DNA from: a virus
Lineage: Duplodnaviria > Heunggongvirae > Uroviricota > Caudoviricetes
DNA length: 61,182 nucleotides
Strand: one strand, 5' to 3'
Virus record (IMG/VR): IMGVR_UViG_3300029288_003766
Span: 153,787-214,968 of that record
How positions within the stretch are numbered: the first letter of the stretch is position 1; each line of letters opens with the position of its first letter. Below the pieces are notes generated by a model. The model saw nothing but the letters and a program-made list of their open reading frames with translations, was not told where the DNA came from and did not search any database. The position numbers and the translations under genes were made by a program. Of the stretch, positions 8,763 through 18,204 are shown piece by piece.

Positions 8763-9287
8763 ATGAGAGAACTAATTGAACAAGTCCAACGTGAAACAGA
8801 GAGGATTAATGAAGTGTCGTGGCAGCAGGCGGTAGGGACTGCGGCACTTGCTGGTATGATAGCTACTGGGGTACCAAACCCTGCTTTGGCAAAGACTCCT
8901 CATCATTATGTGACCCCCAATAAGCATTATTCTGATGGTGATTACATTAATGCTGTTGTTGGTGAGGCATCAATGGCTGGATATCAGGGTATGTTAGATG
9001 TTGCTTGTGCTCTTAGAAATAGGATAAAGGATCCTTATCATGCAAAAGATCCTCTTCACCAGGTGTTTGGTTACAATGCGGCTCATAATAAGAAAGAGAC
9101 CAAAGAAACATGGGAAACGGCTAAGAAAGCTTGGAAGGACTCGGCTAACCAAGATACAGTTAATGGCGCAATAATTTGGGGCAACGCAAATGATGTGAAA
9201 ATATTTAAGAGGAGTGGCTGGTTCAAAAATGTTGAACTTGTTAAGACAGCAGAAGGTCATTCATTCTTTAGAATTAAAAAGCATTAA
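8763..9287 (+). CDS. SleB-like cell wall hydrolase (Hydrolase_2)
   Basis: AVVGEASMAGYQGMLDVACALRNR matches the SleB pattern xEAxgexxxGxxAVaxVixNR; ends GHSFF. Confidence 0.75.
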   Translation: MRELIEQVQRETERINEVSWQQAVGTAALAGMIATGVPNPALAKTPHHYVTPNKHYSDGDYINAVVGEASMAGYQGMLDVACALRNRIKDPYHAKDPLHQVFGYNAAHNKKETKETWETAKKAWKDSANQDTVNGAIIWGNANDVKIFKRSGWFKNVELVKTAEGHSFFRIKKH

Positions 9288-9290
9288 AAT

Positions 9291-9926
9291 ATGAATAACT
9301 ACGGTTATATTTATAAGACTACTAATTTATTGAATAACAAAGTATATGTTGGTCAAAAGAAAGGTAAATTTGACCCAGATTATTTTGGTAGTGGCGTTAT
9401 CATTAAACAAGCTATTCAGAAAAATGGAAGAGTAAATTTTACTGTAATTATTATAAAGAATGCTGTTACTAAAGAAGAAGCTGATTTGCTAGAAAAGAAG
9501 TATATTGCTGATCATAGGCAAGCTTTAGGAAGATGGAATGTATATAATATTGCCGGGGGCGGTGATGGTGGTTATAATGGCGGTAACGGATTTAAAGGTC
9601 ACACGCATACAGAGGAAGCTAAAGAATTAAATCGACAATCTCATTTAGGTAAAAAACAAACAGAAGAACATAGAGAGAAAAATCGGTTGGGCCATCTGGG
9701 GAAAAATAAAGGTGTGAAACGAGGTCCTCATTCAAAAGAATCAAATGAAAAAAGAAGATTATCTATGTTAGGAAAGAACATAGGTAAGAAGTCAATAGAA
9801 ACTAGAATGAAGATGAGCCAAGCACATTTAGGTAAAAAACGTGATCCACATTCTTTTGAAAGCAAAGAAAAAATAAGATTATCAATAACAAAATGGTGGA
9901 AAGATAGAAAAATAGAGAAGATATAA
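9291..9926 (+). CDS. GIY-YIG homing endonuclease with NUMOD3 repeats
   Basis: GYIYKTTNLLNNKVYVGQ, YFGSG, YNIAGGGDGG, repeated HTEE/HLGKK. Confidence 0.88.
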   Translation: MNNYGYIYKTTNLLNNKVYVGQKKGKFDPDYFGSGVIIKQAIQKNGRVNFTVIIIKNAVTKEEADLLEKKYIADHRQALGRWNVYNIAGGGDGGYNGGNGFKGHTHTEEAKELNRQSHLGKKQTEEHREKNRLGHLGKNKGVKRGPHSKESNEKRRLSMLGKNIGKKSIETRMKMSQAHLGKKRDPHSFESKEKIRLSITKWWKDRKIEKI

Positions 9927-9963
9927 GGTTAGGTACCACATTTTTTAGGAGGATACGATAACG

Positions 9964-10392
9964 ATGTCAAGTAGAATAATTGAAATAATAAAAGAAAATA
10001 GCAAAAAAATAGAAAAAGCTACTAATAGATTAGATTGTTTAGCTACGTTGTTTAACGCTCCCGAATCTAAATTTACAACAAAAAATGGCGGATTTTGTTA
10101 TGAGGATAATATTGAAGCATCAACTGTATTTCAAACAGAAGATACTACTGTTACTCTTGCAATATGGAAGAAGGCTCAGGCTGTCTACCCAGTACATTGC
10201 CATAAAGATAGTGTAGAGTACCTAATGGTAATTAAAGGTAGTTTTCTGTTAAAGTTTGGTGGAGCGGTTAGAATTATGAGTAAAGGTGAATGTGCGTCTA
10301 TTCCAGCTGGAGTAGATCATACGGTTACTTCATTAGAAGGCGATTCACAGATGCTAGCTGTCTGTATTCCGCCTGAAATTGCTTATCAATAA
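9964..10392 (+). CDS. Cupin-domain protein
   Basis: PVHCHKDSVEYLMVIKG...GECASIPAGVDH (both cupin motifs). Confidence 0.8.
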   Translation: MSSRIIEIIKENSKKIEKATNRLDCLATLFNAPESKFTTKNGGFCYEDNIEASTVFQTEDTTVTLAIWKKAQAVYPVHCHKDSVEYLMVIKGSFLLKFGGAVRIMSKGECASIPAGVDHTVTSLEGDSQMLAVCIPPEIAYQ

Positions 10393-10458
10393 AAGTCAGG
10401 TGTGGTAATTTACAATTACATTTATAAAATTATTACTTACAAATAAGGAATACAACAT

Positions 10459-10929
10459 ATGTCTGAAATTTCAAAAGAAGAACTCTTAGCTTTTACGGAA
10501 TCAAATTCTAAGTCAGCACTTGCATTAGAGAAGGTTGCGGATAGGCTACAGGATATACTACATAATCAAGAAAAGATTATAGGTACTCTTACTAGTGACA
10601 CGTTGGTTAACAAAATATCTGATACAGTTTCTGCTGCGACTTTGGAGCGGCTAGAGCAATCAAATAAAGAGATTAATGAAACGCTCACAACGAGATTGCC
10701 GGGGACCTTGATGGAGAAAATAAACAACAGCGCTATGGCCAAGGATATTGAACATTTTAAACTTTTTATTGGTGCTACTGGTCTAATCATAGTAATTGCT
10801 GTGGTTGTCCTAAAATTTTTATTTGGAACACCAACACTAACACATGACCAAGTTAAACAAATAATCAGTCAATATCAGAACCAAAATCAAGCTGTTATAC
10901 AAGCCCAGCCTGTGGGGGTAAATAAATAA
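10459..10929 (+). CDS. Coiled-coil protein with a single transmembrane segment
   Basis: LFIGATGLIIVIAVVVLKFLFG. Confidence 0.65.
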   Translation: MSEISKEELLAFTESNSKSALALEKVADRLQDILHNQEKIIGTLTSDTLVNKISDTVSAATLERLEQSNKEINETLTTRLPGTLMEKINNSAMAKDIEHFKLFIGATGLIIVIAVVVLKFLFGTPTLTHDQVKQIISQYQNQNQAVIQAQPVGVNK

Positions 10930-11381
10930 TGAGTGGGATAATACCAATCCAGACGGTGAACGCATTTAGGGGGTTCAATGACTTAGCAATAGATTTATAT
11001 GGTATTGGGTGCACTTTATATGTTCCTCTAAATTTGACATCATTGGATCCAAACGACGCATATACTAATCCATCAGAAATATTATATAAGGAGTATACTG
11101 ATCAGAAGGTGTGGATTAAGTGGGCCGTAAAAGATCTACATAGGTTAAGAAAGTTAGGTATCTTTTCAGAGAATGAGGCACCAATTATTGGATACTTTAA
11201 GAATGACCCAGAAGTAATTGTTCAGAGTTATATTAAAATTCCTGTCCAATATATTCCAGATAAGTTTGACACTGATGAGTTTGAAATTGTAGATGCTTTA
11301 CTAAAAGGTACCTACGACGCGGAAATTCTTAGACCTTATAAACTTGCGCCGCGTCGTGCAAAAAACAGAAATATCATGTAA
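10929..11381 (+). CDS. Neck/head-closure protein (gp14-like)
   Basis: DLAIDLYGIGCTLYVP resembles the gp14 N-terminus; synteny before terminator and sheath. Confidence 0.5.
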   Translation: MSGIIPIQTVNAFRGFNDLAIDLYGIGCTLYVPLNLTSLDPNDAYTNPSEILYKEYTDQKVWIKWAVKDLHRLRKLGIFSENEAPIIGYFKNDPEVIVQSYIKIPVQYIPDKFDTDEFEIVDALLKGTYDAEILRPYKLAPRRAKNRNIM

Positions 11382-11392
11382 AGGAGTAAAAT

Positions 11393-11605
11393 ATGGGTTC
11401 AGTAATTAGGAAGATAAAGAATGTTTCTGATTGTCAAATACCGGTTCAGGTTGATCCGTTTACAACAGTATTTCTACCTAAAAATGGTATGTTAGAGAAT
11501 AAGACAGTGTATAACCTAGCATCAATAAGAAAGTTCTGTGAAATTGAAGAGGATCTAGGAGAAATTTCACCCGTGCGAGAAGGTAAACAACAACTTTATG
11601 ATTAA
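11393..11605 (+). CDS. Hypothetical protein
   Basis: AAGGAG RBS; fills the gap in the operon. Confidence 0.65.
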   Translation: MGSVIRKIKNVSDCQIPVQVDPFTTVFLPKNGMLENKTVYNLASIRKFCEIEEDLGEISPVREGKQQLYD

Positions 11606-11849
11606 TATGCCGAATAAGAAGAACAACTTTGACGCTAAAGAAGCTGCCTGTGCTTTACTAGCTAATAAACTATATAATGATTATGTTGAAGTATCTAGCG
11701 TAATTTGTGGTGTTGAGGTTGAACATTTTGCTGAGGATTGGATTGCGAAGAATTTAGATGAATCAGATAAGTTAATGTCTAGATCTATTTGGAGATATTT
11801 TCTAAAACATTTAACAGAACACAGCAACGGTGGGTGTGATGGCGGATAA
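11598..11849 (+). CDS. Hypothetical protein
   Basis: Overlapping/coupled ORF in the operon. Confidence 0.55.
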   Translation: MINMPNKKNNFDAKEAACALLANKLYNDYVEVSSVICGVEVEHFAEDWIAKNLDESDKLMSRSIWRYFLKHLTEHSNGGCDGG

Positions 11850-12507
11850 TTCATCTTTCATACATATCATTGATGACGCTTTAAAAATAGCGGTCTTCCA
11901 AAGATTTGACGAGTATTTTGGGCTGACAAACATAAAAAACGATATTGTCTTTCAACCAAGATCTATCCAAGAAAGGAAAATTGCTGAGAAGCGCGGAGAA
12001 TTATCGGTTGAGTTTATGGGGCTTTGGAGGCCTCACATCGCTCCTGATTGGTCGCGCCAAAGAACACCACTTGCTCGAGACGGGATTATGCTTGAGTATA
12101 CAGATAGCAACAAGACATCAATCGTTACTGTTAAAGCAGTTCCCGCCGCTTTTGATTATGAGCTACGTTTTTGGTCTAGGGATTTGAACTCATTAACTCT
12201 TGCTACGGAATCATATATTAAATGGGCACAAGATTTACCAAATCTGGTTGTATATTATGATGACTCATATGAAATGGATTTTTATTTAAGATTTGGTGAC
12301 ATTGTTGATGAAACCGATTTCAACATTTATGAAAAAGGTTTGTATTATGTGCATATGATGCCTATAAAACTTGAGGGTTGGGTACTCACATCAATTGAAT
12401 CAAAGACTATTTTAACAATATATTTAGACGTTTTTTTGAGACAATTTATATCGGGTCAAACAGAAGATATTCTAATTTCAGAATATGTCATTACAGCAAC
12501 ATCGTAA
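11839..12507 (+). CDS. Tail terminator/sheath stabiliser (gp15-like)
   Basis: AVPAAFDYELRFWSRD resembles the gp15 PVPYxxxFELxIxTR segment; immediately upstream of the sheath gene. Confidence 0.6.
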   Translation: MADNSSFIHIIDDALKIAVFQRFDEYFGLTNIKNDIVFQPRSIQERKIAEKRGELSVEFMGLWRPHIAPDWSRQRTPLARDGIMLEYTDSNKTSIVTVKAVPAAFDYELRFWSRDLNSLTLATESYIKWAQDLPNLVVYYDDSYEMDFYLRFGDIVDETDFNIYEKGLYYVHMMPIKLEGWVLTSIESKTILTIYLDVFLRQFISGQTEDILISEYVITATS

Positions 12508-12527
12508 TGTAAAAAGGAGGACATAAT

Positions 12528-14156
12528 ATGTCAAGTTTTTACCTTTCACCTGGGGTGTATTCCACAGAAACAGATTATTCAGACGTAATTAACAGTATTG
12601 CGACAACATCAGCAGGTATTGCTTTTTATTCCACAAAAGGCAGTACGACGGGAATTATGTTGATGACGAATACACAACAGTTTATTGCTGAATATGGTGA
12701 ACCTGTTTTAGGTAATCCAGGACACTACTCAGCATTAGCTTATCTACAAAATGGTAAGCAGCTGTATTGTTACAGAGTTCAAAGTGGTGCTTTATATGGT
12801 GGTGTAGATATTAAAACCGCAATTAGTGCACAAGCAAACGCGGCAATAAGTGTGGGTGTAGCCACTCCTGATTTTGTTTTAACATCTGGGCAAGATAACC
12901 TTTTCCAGATCTACGGAGCTAACCCAGGAACTTGGAACAATAATATTGGTATTAGATTTGCTAATATCAATACAGGTCCAAATTTAAACGACTACGCATT
13001 TGATATACAAGTTTATTACTACGCAGACGGCGCGTATACTCAAGTAGAAAGCTGGACTGTATCTAGAAAACACCAATTGGATGGATATGGAAGACAGCAG
13101 TATTTGGAAACGGTGATCAACGGATTTAGCAGCTATATTGTTGTTGCAGATAGCACTTACTCAGATGATACATTGCCTAAAGCCCAAGCAACAACATTAG
13201 CTTTGGCTGAGGGTAGTAATGGTACAGATCTTATTAGTAACTTCTCAGCTGCTCCTTTTATTAGTGGTTGGGATGAGTTTGAGAATCCTGATGTTGTTGA
13301 TATACGAGTATTAATTAACGCCGGGCAAACGGACACATCTGTTCAGGCAGAAATAATTGATATTGCTGAAGCAAGAAAAGATTGTATTGCTATAATTGAT
13401 ATGGATTCTGCTCAAACTACTTCGGTAACGTCAATGGTTAACTGGAGAAATAATACATTAAATGAAAACTCGAGCTACGCTGCTTTATATGCGCCAATGG
13501 TAAAGGACTATGATTCCTATAACGACACAATAGTATACTTACCAGGATCAGGATATATAGCATCTCAGTTTGCATACAATGACTATATTGCTGATGTGTG
13601 GTATGCGCCTGCCGGTTTAAACAGAGGTATATTAAATGTATTAAGTATATGTGATCAAAACGGAGATAGGTTGGTATTTACTGAGGGTGAACGGGACTCA
13701 TTATACGTTGCACAAATAAATCCATTACAGGTATTTAGTGGATCAGGAAACGTTATTTGGGGCCAGAAAACCTTAACAACTAAATCTTCAGCTTTGGATA
13801 GAGTAAATGTTAGAAGGTTGCTTATTATCCTTGAGAAAACAATGTCTGTATCATTAAGACAGTTTGTATTTGAACCTAATAGTGAATTTACACGGTTCAG
13901 AATAACAGCTATGCTTGACACATATCTTGATTTATTGTCTGCAAAGGGTGCTTTCCAAACAGAGTTGGGTGATAAGGGGTACTTAGTAGTATGTGATACA
14001 ACAAACAACACTCCAGCAACAATTGACAGAAATGAGCTTCACGTAGATGTTTACGTTAAACCATCTAGGGCAGCAGAATTTATTCATCTTAACACAATTG
14101 TTACAACTACCGGGGTACAATTTAGCGAATTAATTGCCCAAGGTAATATACTTTAA
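12528..14156 (+). CDS. Contractile tail sheath protein (gp18-like)
   Basis: YLSPGVYSTETD, WYAPAGLNRG, INP, WGQKTL, SALDRVNVRRLL, VFEPN, KPSRAAEFI. Confidence 0.97.
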   Translation: MSSFYLSPGVYSTETDYSDVINSIATTSAGIAFYSTKGSTTGIMLMTNTQQFIAEYGEPVLGNPGHYSALAYLQNGKQLYCYRVQSGALYGGVDIKTAISAQANAAISVGVATPDFVLTSGQDNLFQIYGANPGTWNNNIGIRFANINTGPNLNDYAFDIQVYYYADGAYTQVESWTVSRKHQLDGYGRQQYLETVINGFSSYIVVADSTYSDDTLPKAQATTLALAEGSNGTDLISNFSAAPFISGWDEFENPDVVDIRVLINAGQTDTSVQAEIIDIAEARKDCIAIIDMDSAQTTSVTSMVNWRNNTLNENSSYAALYAPMVKDYDSYNDTIVYLPGSGYIASQFAYNDYIADVWYAPAGLNRGILNVLSICDQNGDRLVFTEGERDSLYVAQINPLQVFSGSGNVIWGQKTLTTKSSALDRVNVRRLLIILEKTMSVSLRQFVFEPNSEFTRFRITAMLDTYLDLLSAKGAFQTELGDKGYLVVCDTTNNTPATIDRNELHVDVYVKPSRAAEFIHLNTIVTTTGVQFSELIAQGNIL

Positions 14157-14191
14157 CGCAACTAACCGTCCATAAACAAGGAGGTTTTTAG

Positions 14192-14710
14192 ATGGCAAAT
14201 AATATGAGTACAGATTCTTTAAAGGCAAACTTAACTAACCCAGCTCGTGATTATATGTGGAACGTTATGGTTCCTGTGCCTATCGGTAATGGAGATACAA
14301 CTACATACACACTTCGTGCGCAGTCATCTACAATTCCGGGAAGGTCTAACGAACCTATTACCATACCTTTTATGCAAACAGCAGGTATTCAGGTAGCTGG
14401 AAAATTGGCATATCCTCATACTTGGGCGTGCACTTTTATTGAAGGTGAGGACAAGAAGGTATTTGATGCTATGTATTCTTGGCAACAGGATATAGTTAAT
14501 GATGTTTTTGGTGTAGGTGTAGGTGATCCATTATATAAAACTGATGTGTACATTACTCTACTTACGACAGCGGGTGACACATTTATGAAGATTAAAATAA
14601 AAGGTGCTTGGGTTCAGAATATGGGTGATGTAGCATTAGCATACGCAAGTAATGATACTATTAAATACAGTGTAACATTTGCGTATGATAGTTGGGAAGA
14701 TGCTACCTAA
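14192..14710 (+). CDS. Tail tube protein (gp19-like)
   Basis: Follows the sheath; PARDY, AQSSTIPG, GAWVQNMGDVALAY...VTFAYDSW. Confidence 0.88.
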   Translation: MANNMSTDSLKANLTNPARDYMWNVMVPVPIGNGDTTTYTLRAQSSTIPGRSNEPITIPFMQTAGIQVAGKLAYPHTWACTFIEGEDKKVFDAMYSWQQDIVNDVFGVGVGDPLYKTDVYITLLTTAGDTFMKIKIKGAWVQNMGDVALAYASNDTIKYSVTFAYDSWEDAT

Positions 14711-14721
14711 TAGAGGATAAA

Positions 14722-15282
14722 ATGGCAAATCTACCAACAATTGGGCAGTTTGTTAGTCAACCTACTAGTTTTATTTTGAGCAAACTACGTTTCCAGAGGA
14801 ACTACCTCTGGGACGTAGTTATGCCTGATATTGGAACGATTGCTGGCCTTAACGTACATGGTTTAGAGGGTCTTGCTATTGGTCAACTTGTTCAATCAGT
14901 TCAGTTTGGCGATTATAGTATGGATTCACCAACTGTTATGCGAGTAGGACCATATCAGGCGTCGTTTGCTGGAATGCTAACAGTAGATAAAATTCAGATG
15001 ACTTTTTTAAAGACTCAACCTGACGCTGTATCAGCATATTTTAACAGTTGGAAGAAACTTATAGTTGATGATCAAGGTTTATTTCAACCCAAATCAAAGT
15101 ATCAGAAAACTTTATACATTCGATTTTTAGATTCTTCAGGAATAGCTTTTGGTAGATATAAATTGATTGGTGTTTTTCCCACTAGATTTCCAGTGTACCA
15201 ACAGTTAGATTACAACGAAAACTCAGTGACGAAAATTCTAATTGGTTTTACTGTGGATAAGATCGAATACAACTTTCTTTAG
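14722..15282 (+). CDS. Tail-tube-like baseplate/tube initiator (gp54/gp48-like)
   Basis: Tube-fold motifs (YFNSWKKLI, YKLIGVFP, LDYNEN). Start ATG 14722 after GAGG. Confidence 0.65.
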   Translation: MANLPTIGQFVSQPTSFILSKLRFQRNYLWDVVMPDIGTIAGLNVHGLEGLAIGQLVQSVQFGDYSMDSPTVMRVGPYQASFAGMLTVDKIQMTFLKTQPDAVSAYFNSWKKLIVDDQGLFQPKSKYQKTLYIRFLDSSGIAFGRYKLIGVFPTRFPVYQQLDYNENSVTKILIGFTVDKIEYNFL

Positions 15283-15290
15283 GATAATCA

Positions 15291-15551
15291 ATGAGTGATA
15301 TAGAAAAATTTATTTCATACATTAAAAAGGATACTGAAAGTATAAAGGAGGCGCAAACACGCAGAGAGCCGATTAAAAATTTTTCTGGCAAGATAATCGC
15401 ATATATTGTTTATAGGGATAACGGTGATCAGGAACTTACGGAATTTACAGGTAAGGTTTTGGGTAGATATGTTTCAAAGAGTAACATGACTCATGATTTC
15501 TACGGTAAAATTCTTGGCCAGGGAAATATATTAACAAGTTTGTTAAGGTAA
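15291..15551 (+). CDS. Hypothetical protein with three xxFxGK(I/V)(I/L) repeats
   Basis: NFSGKII, EFTGKVL, DFYGKIL; N-terminal leader ending IKE. Confidence 0.65.
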   Translation: MSDIEKFISYIKKDTESIKEAQTRREPIKNFSGKIIAYIVYRDNGDQELTEFTGKVLGRYVSKSNMTHDFYGKILGQGNILTSLLR

Positions 15552-15605
15552 CACGATTTTTAGTGTGGTACTTTTTCCTAACAAAAAGAAAAGAGGAGAA
15601 AAGAG

Positions 15606-16367
15606 ATGACAGAGTATACATATTTTGATATTAAATTACCTTCGAAGTGTTTAGTTTACCCCGGAGTAGACCCCACCCAAATTAAGATTAGATCCTTAAA
15701 AGGCGAGGATGAAAAATTGATCGCTGAAATAGGTTCTGATAATTTTGATAAGAAATATAACTTAGTTTTAAACAGAGTTCTAAAAGGAATCGATCCTCTT
15801 AAGCTAACCCTTGGTGATAGATTCTTTTTAGTTTTATGGGAGACAATTCACTCCTACTCAAAGGATATTCCAATAGAACATGAGTGCGGAAACTGTTGGC
15901 AAAAGTCTGAATATAATGTTGATCTTTCAAAACTTGAACTAATTGAGATTCCTGATGGTTATACAGAACCTTGTGATATTACGTTACCAAAATCGGGGAG
16001 TGTTGTAAAGTTACGGCTGCTTCGAATAAAAGATTTGATTGATATAAATGAAGCTGAGAAGCTTGGCCAGAACACTTGGCTTTATAGACCCGCGTTAAGT
16101 ATTATTGATGAACGGTCTCTAGCTGACAAGTTAGATTATTTAAGTAAGATGGATACACAGGACCTGGAGTATATTAGAGGTTTCCAAGATGTGTTTGAAC
16201 ATGGAGTTAAGATGGAAACTACTTATACCTGCCCAAAGTGCGGAGGTACTGGTGCTATGCCAGTTCCCTTTCGCTATGAGCTCCTTCTTTCGTTTGGGGA
16301 GATCCTTAAGAGACGTGTTGGAGATGCAATTCGTGCTCATGTATTATCTCCACATGTCAGTAAGTGA
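15606..16367 (+). CDS. Baseplate hub assembly protein/chaperone (gp26-like)
   Basis: IKLPS, IRSLKGEDEKL, LTLGDRFFL, CGNC, CPKCG. Confidence 0.8.
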   Translation: MTEYTYFDIKLPSKCLVYPGVDPTQIKIRSLKGEDEKLIAEIGSDNFDKKYNLVLNRVLKGIDPLKLTLGDRFFLVLWETIHSYSKDIPIEHECGNCWQKSEYNVDLSKLELIEIPDGYTEPCDITLPKSGSVVKLRLLRIKDLIDINEAEKLGQNTWLYRPALSIIDERSLADKLDYLSKMDTQDLEYIRGFQDVFEHGVKMETTYTCPKCGGTGAMPVPFRYELLLSFGEILKRRVGDAIRAHVLSPHVSK

Positions 16368-16473
16368 TTATGATTCTAACGATGTAAAGGATAACGAATG
16401 GATATACGCAAGGCTTGCAGAACAGAAGAGGAAGGAAATACCCAATAACTTGAGGACTACAAATGCAAATTGA
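16270..16473 (+). CDS. gp51-like small tail assembly chaperone in the +1 frame (frameshift product or internal start)
   Basis: LEMQFVLMYYLHMSVSDYDSNDVKDNEWIYARL resembles the small chaperones preceding tape-measure genes; overlaps the gp26-like 3' end. Confidence 0.6.
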   Translation, partial: FAMSSFFRLGRSLRDVLEMQFVLMYYLHMSVSDYDSNDVKDNEWIYARLAEQKRKEIPNNLRTTNAN

Positions 16474-18196
16474 AGCTAATAGATACTTAACGAAGAGAGA
16501 AGTTGAATTCCTAAAGTCATATAAAGAAAAGATTCAACGATTTGTAATTCCTTTTTATGTTGAGCTTGAAAGAACATATGCTTTACAACCAGGGTCATCA
16601 CTTAGCTACGAAACTAGCACCGAAAGACGAACTTCATCTCAGTTAGTTGAGAGTATAAATAAGTTACTTCAAACAGGACGTGGAGATGAAGCTACTATAG
16701 TTTCTATTTATAAGCAGGCTAATGAGTCTGTTCAGCACTTAAAATTTTACCAAGATCAAGCTAAGAAGGATAATGAGTTAAATTTACGACTGCGTGAGGT
16801 AAGTCAAAAAACTAAAACTGACTTAGATAAGTTAATACAAGAGCAGGGTCGAATTACTAATAGATTTGAGAAGTTGAATCAAAAAGATTCTGTAGGGGAG
16901 ACTGCGCTTTGGGCTGGTCTTTTCTTTGCTGCTGCTCCCCTAGCTGTAGCAGCTAAACCTCTTTGGGATATAGGAAAGTATGCATACGGGAAAATAAAAG
17001 ATCGTAATTTAAGAAAACAAGCTGAACGATTTTCTCTAAAAGATGTTGCAAAAAGTAAAACTGAATCTCTACCTTCAGTACAATCAGGTTTGCCTGGTAT
17101 TGGCCAAACAGATGATATAGATGGAGGTGTTAATTGGCCTGGGCGCGATCCAAGGACTGGACGATATATAAGTCGAAAATCAAGACCTGGTATACCAATT
17201 GCTGGTTCTACTGATTTAAAAAAGACTATTCTGGGTGACGCTGTTAATTTAGGTTTGAATAAATTTTTTACAACTTCCGCCTATAAAGTTAAATGGACTA
17301 AAGAATTGCTCGAAGCAGTTCAGGGTAAAGGTCCAACTCCAAAAGATGAACGTAAAAAGGCTGGTATAAGTGGTCTAGGTGGATTGGGTAATATATTTAA
17401 AGGCCTAGGGAGTATGGTTGTTGGTGCAATGAAGTTGATTGGACCAGCTCTTGCTGTAGCTGCAGCAGCATATGGAGGTTGGAAAGTTGGGAGGTGGCTT
17501 GGTGAGAATGTCAAGTGGGGTGGCAAAAGCCTCGATCAGCACGTGGAGAGTGGCATTCTTGGGATGATAGGTGGAGATGTTAATGATCGACTTAGAAGGA
17601 AGATCCCTGGGACTAAGAGTCCATTAGCACGTAGAGCTCTTGAGTTGCAAGTTGAAAAAGGTATGAGTGTAGAAGATTCTATAGCTCTGGCTCAGGTTGA
17701 GTTGGGAAAAGTTACACCTAAGGAGGCCGCGGAGAGGAAAATTGCGAAAGAACGATCTGCCAATCTTGGGGCTGCTCCAAAGGATGTAGGATCTCCTGGG
17801 TTTGATGTACTCGGTGCAGCGTCTAAGATGGCACCTATGGTTGAATCACTTGCATCTGGAATTGAAACTGGAGAAACCCTGGGAGAAAAAAAGTCAACAA
17901 TTGAAGATTTAGAATCTATTGATTTTATGAAAGCATCTGAGGAAAATTTACAGGGTATTACTAGTCGTTTGAATAAAGAACTAGAAAAAATTCCGATTGA
18001 GGAAATGGGTTCAAAGTTAGAGAAAACTTTGTCTGACGTTATGGGAAAATTGGAAGCTACAATGGGTGATGTTGGAGATACATTAAAAGCAGGATCTAAA
18101 ACTACCTCTCAAAAGTTGCCTAGTGGTTATGATGCAAATAACACAAGAAACCCAATTCTTTCTTCTTTAGGCGCGGGACTTCTTGATATAGCATAA
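16463..18196 (+). CDS. Tape-measure/baseplate hub protein (gp29-like)
   Basis: Helical protein with A/G-rich hydrophobic stretches; follows the chaperones. Confidence 0.6.
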   Translation: MQIEANRYLTKREVEFLKSYKEKIQRFVIPFYVELERTYALQPGSSLSYETSTERRTSSQLVESINKLLQTGRGDEATIVSIYKQANESVQHLKFYQDQAKKDNELNLRLREVSQKTKTDLDKLIQEQGRITNRFEKLNQKDSVGETALWAGLFFAAAPLAVAAKPLWDIGKYAYGKIKDRNLRKQAERFSLKDVAKSKTESLPSVQSGLPGIGQTDDIDGGVNWPGRDPRTGRYISRKSRPGIPIAGSTDLKKTILGDAVNLGLNKFFTTSAYKVKWTKELLEAVQGKGPTPKDERKKAGISGLGGLGNIFKGLGSMVVGAMKLIGPALAVAAAAYGGWKVGRWLGENVKWGGKSLDQHVESGILGMIGGDVNDRLRRKIPGTKSPLARRALELQVEKGMSVEDSIALAQVELGKVTPKEAAERKIAKERSANLGAAPKDVGSPGFDVLGAASKMAPMVESLASGIETGETLGEKKSTIEDLESIDFMKASEENLQGITSRLNKELEKIPIEEMGSKLEKTLSDVMGKLEATMGDVGDTLKAGSKTTSQKLPSGYDANNTRNPILSSLGAGLLDIA

Positions 18197-18204
18197 GGAG
18201 CAAC

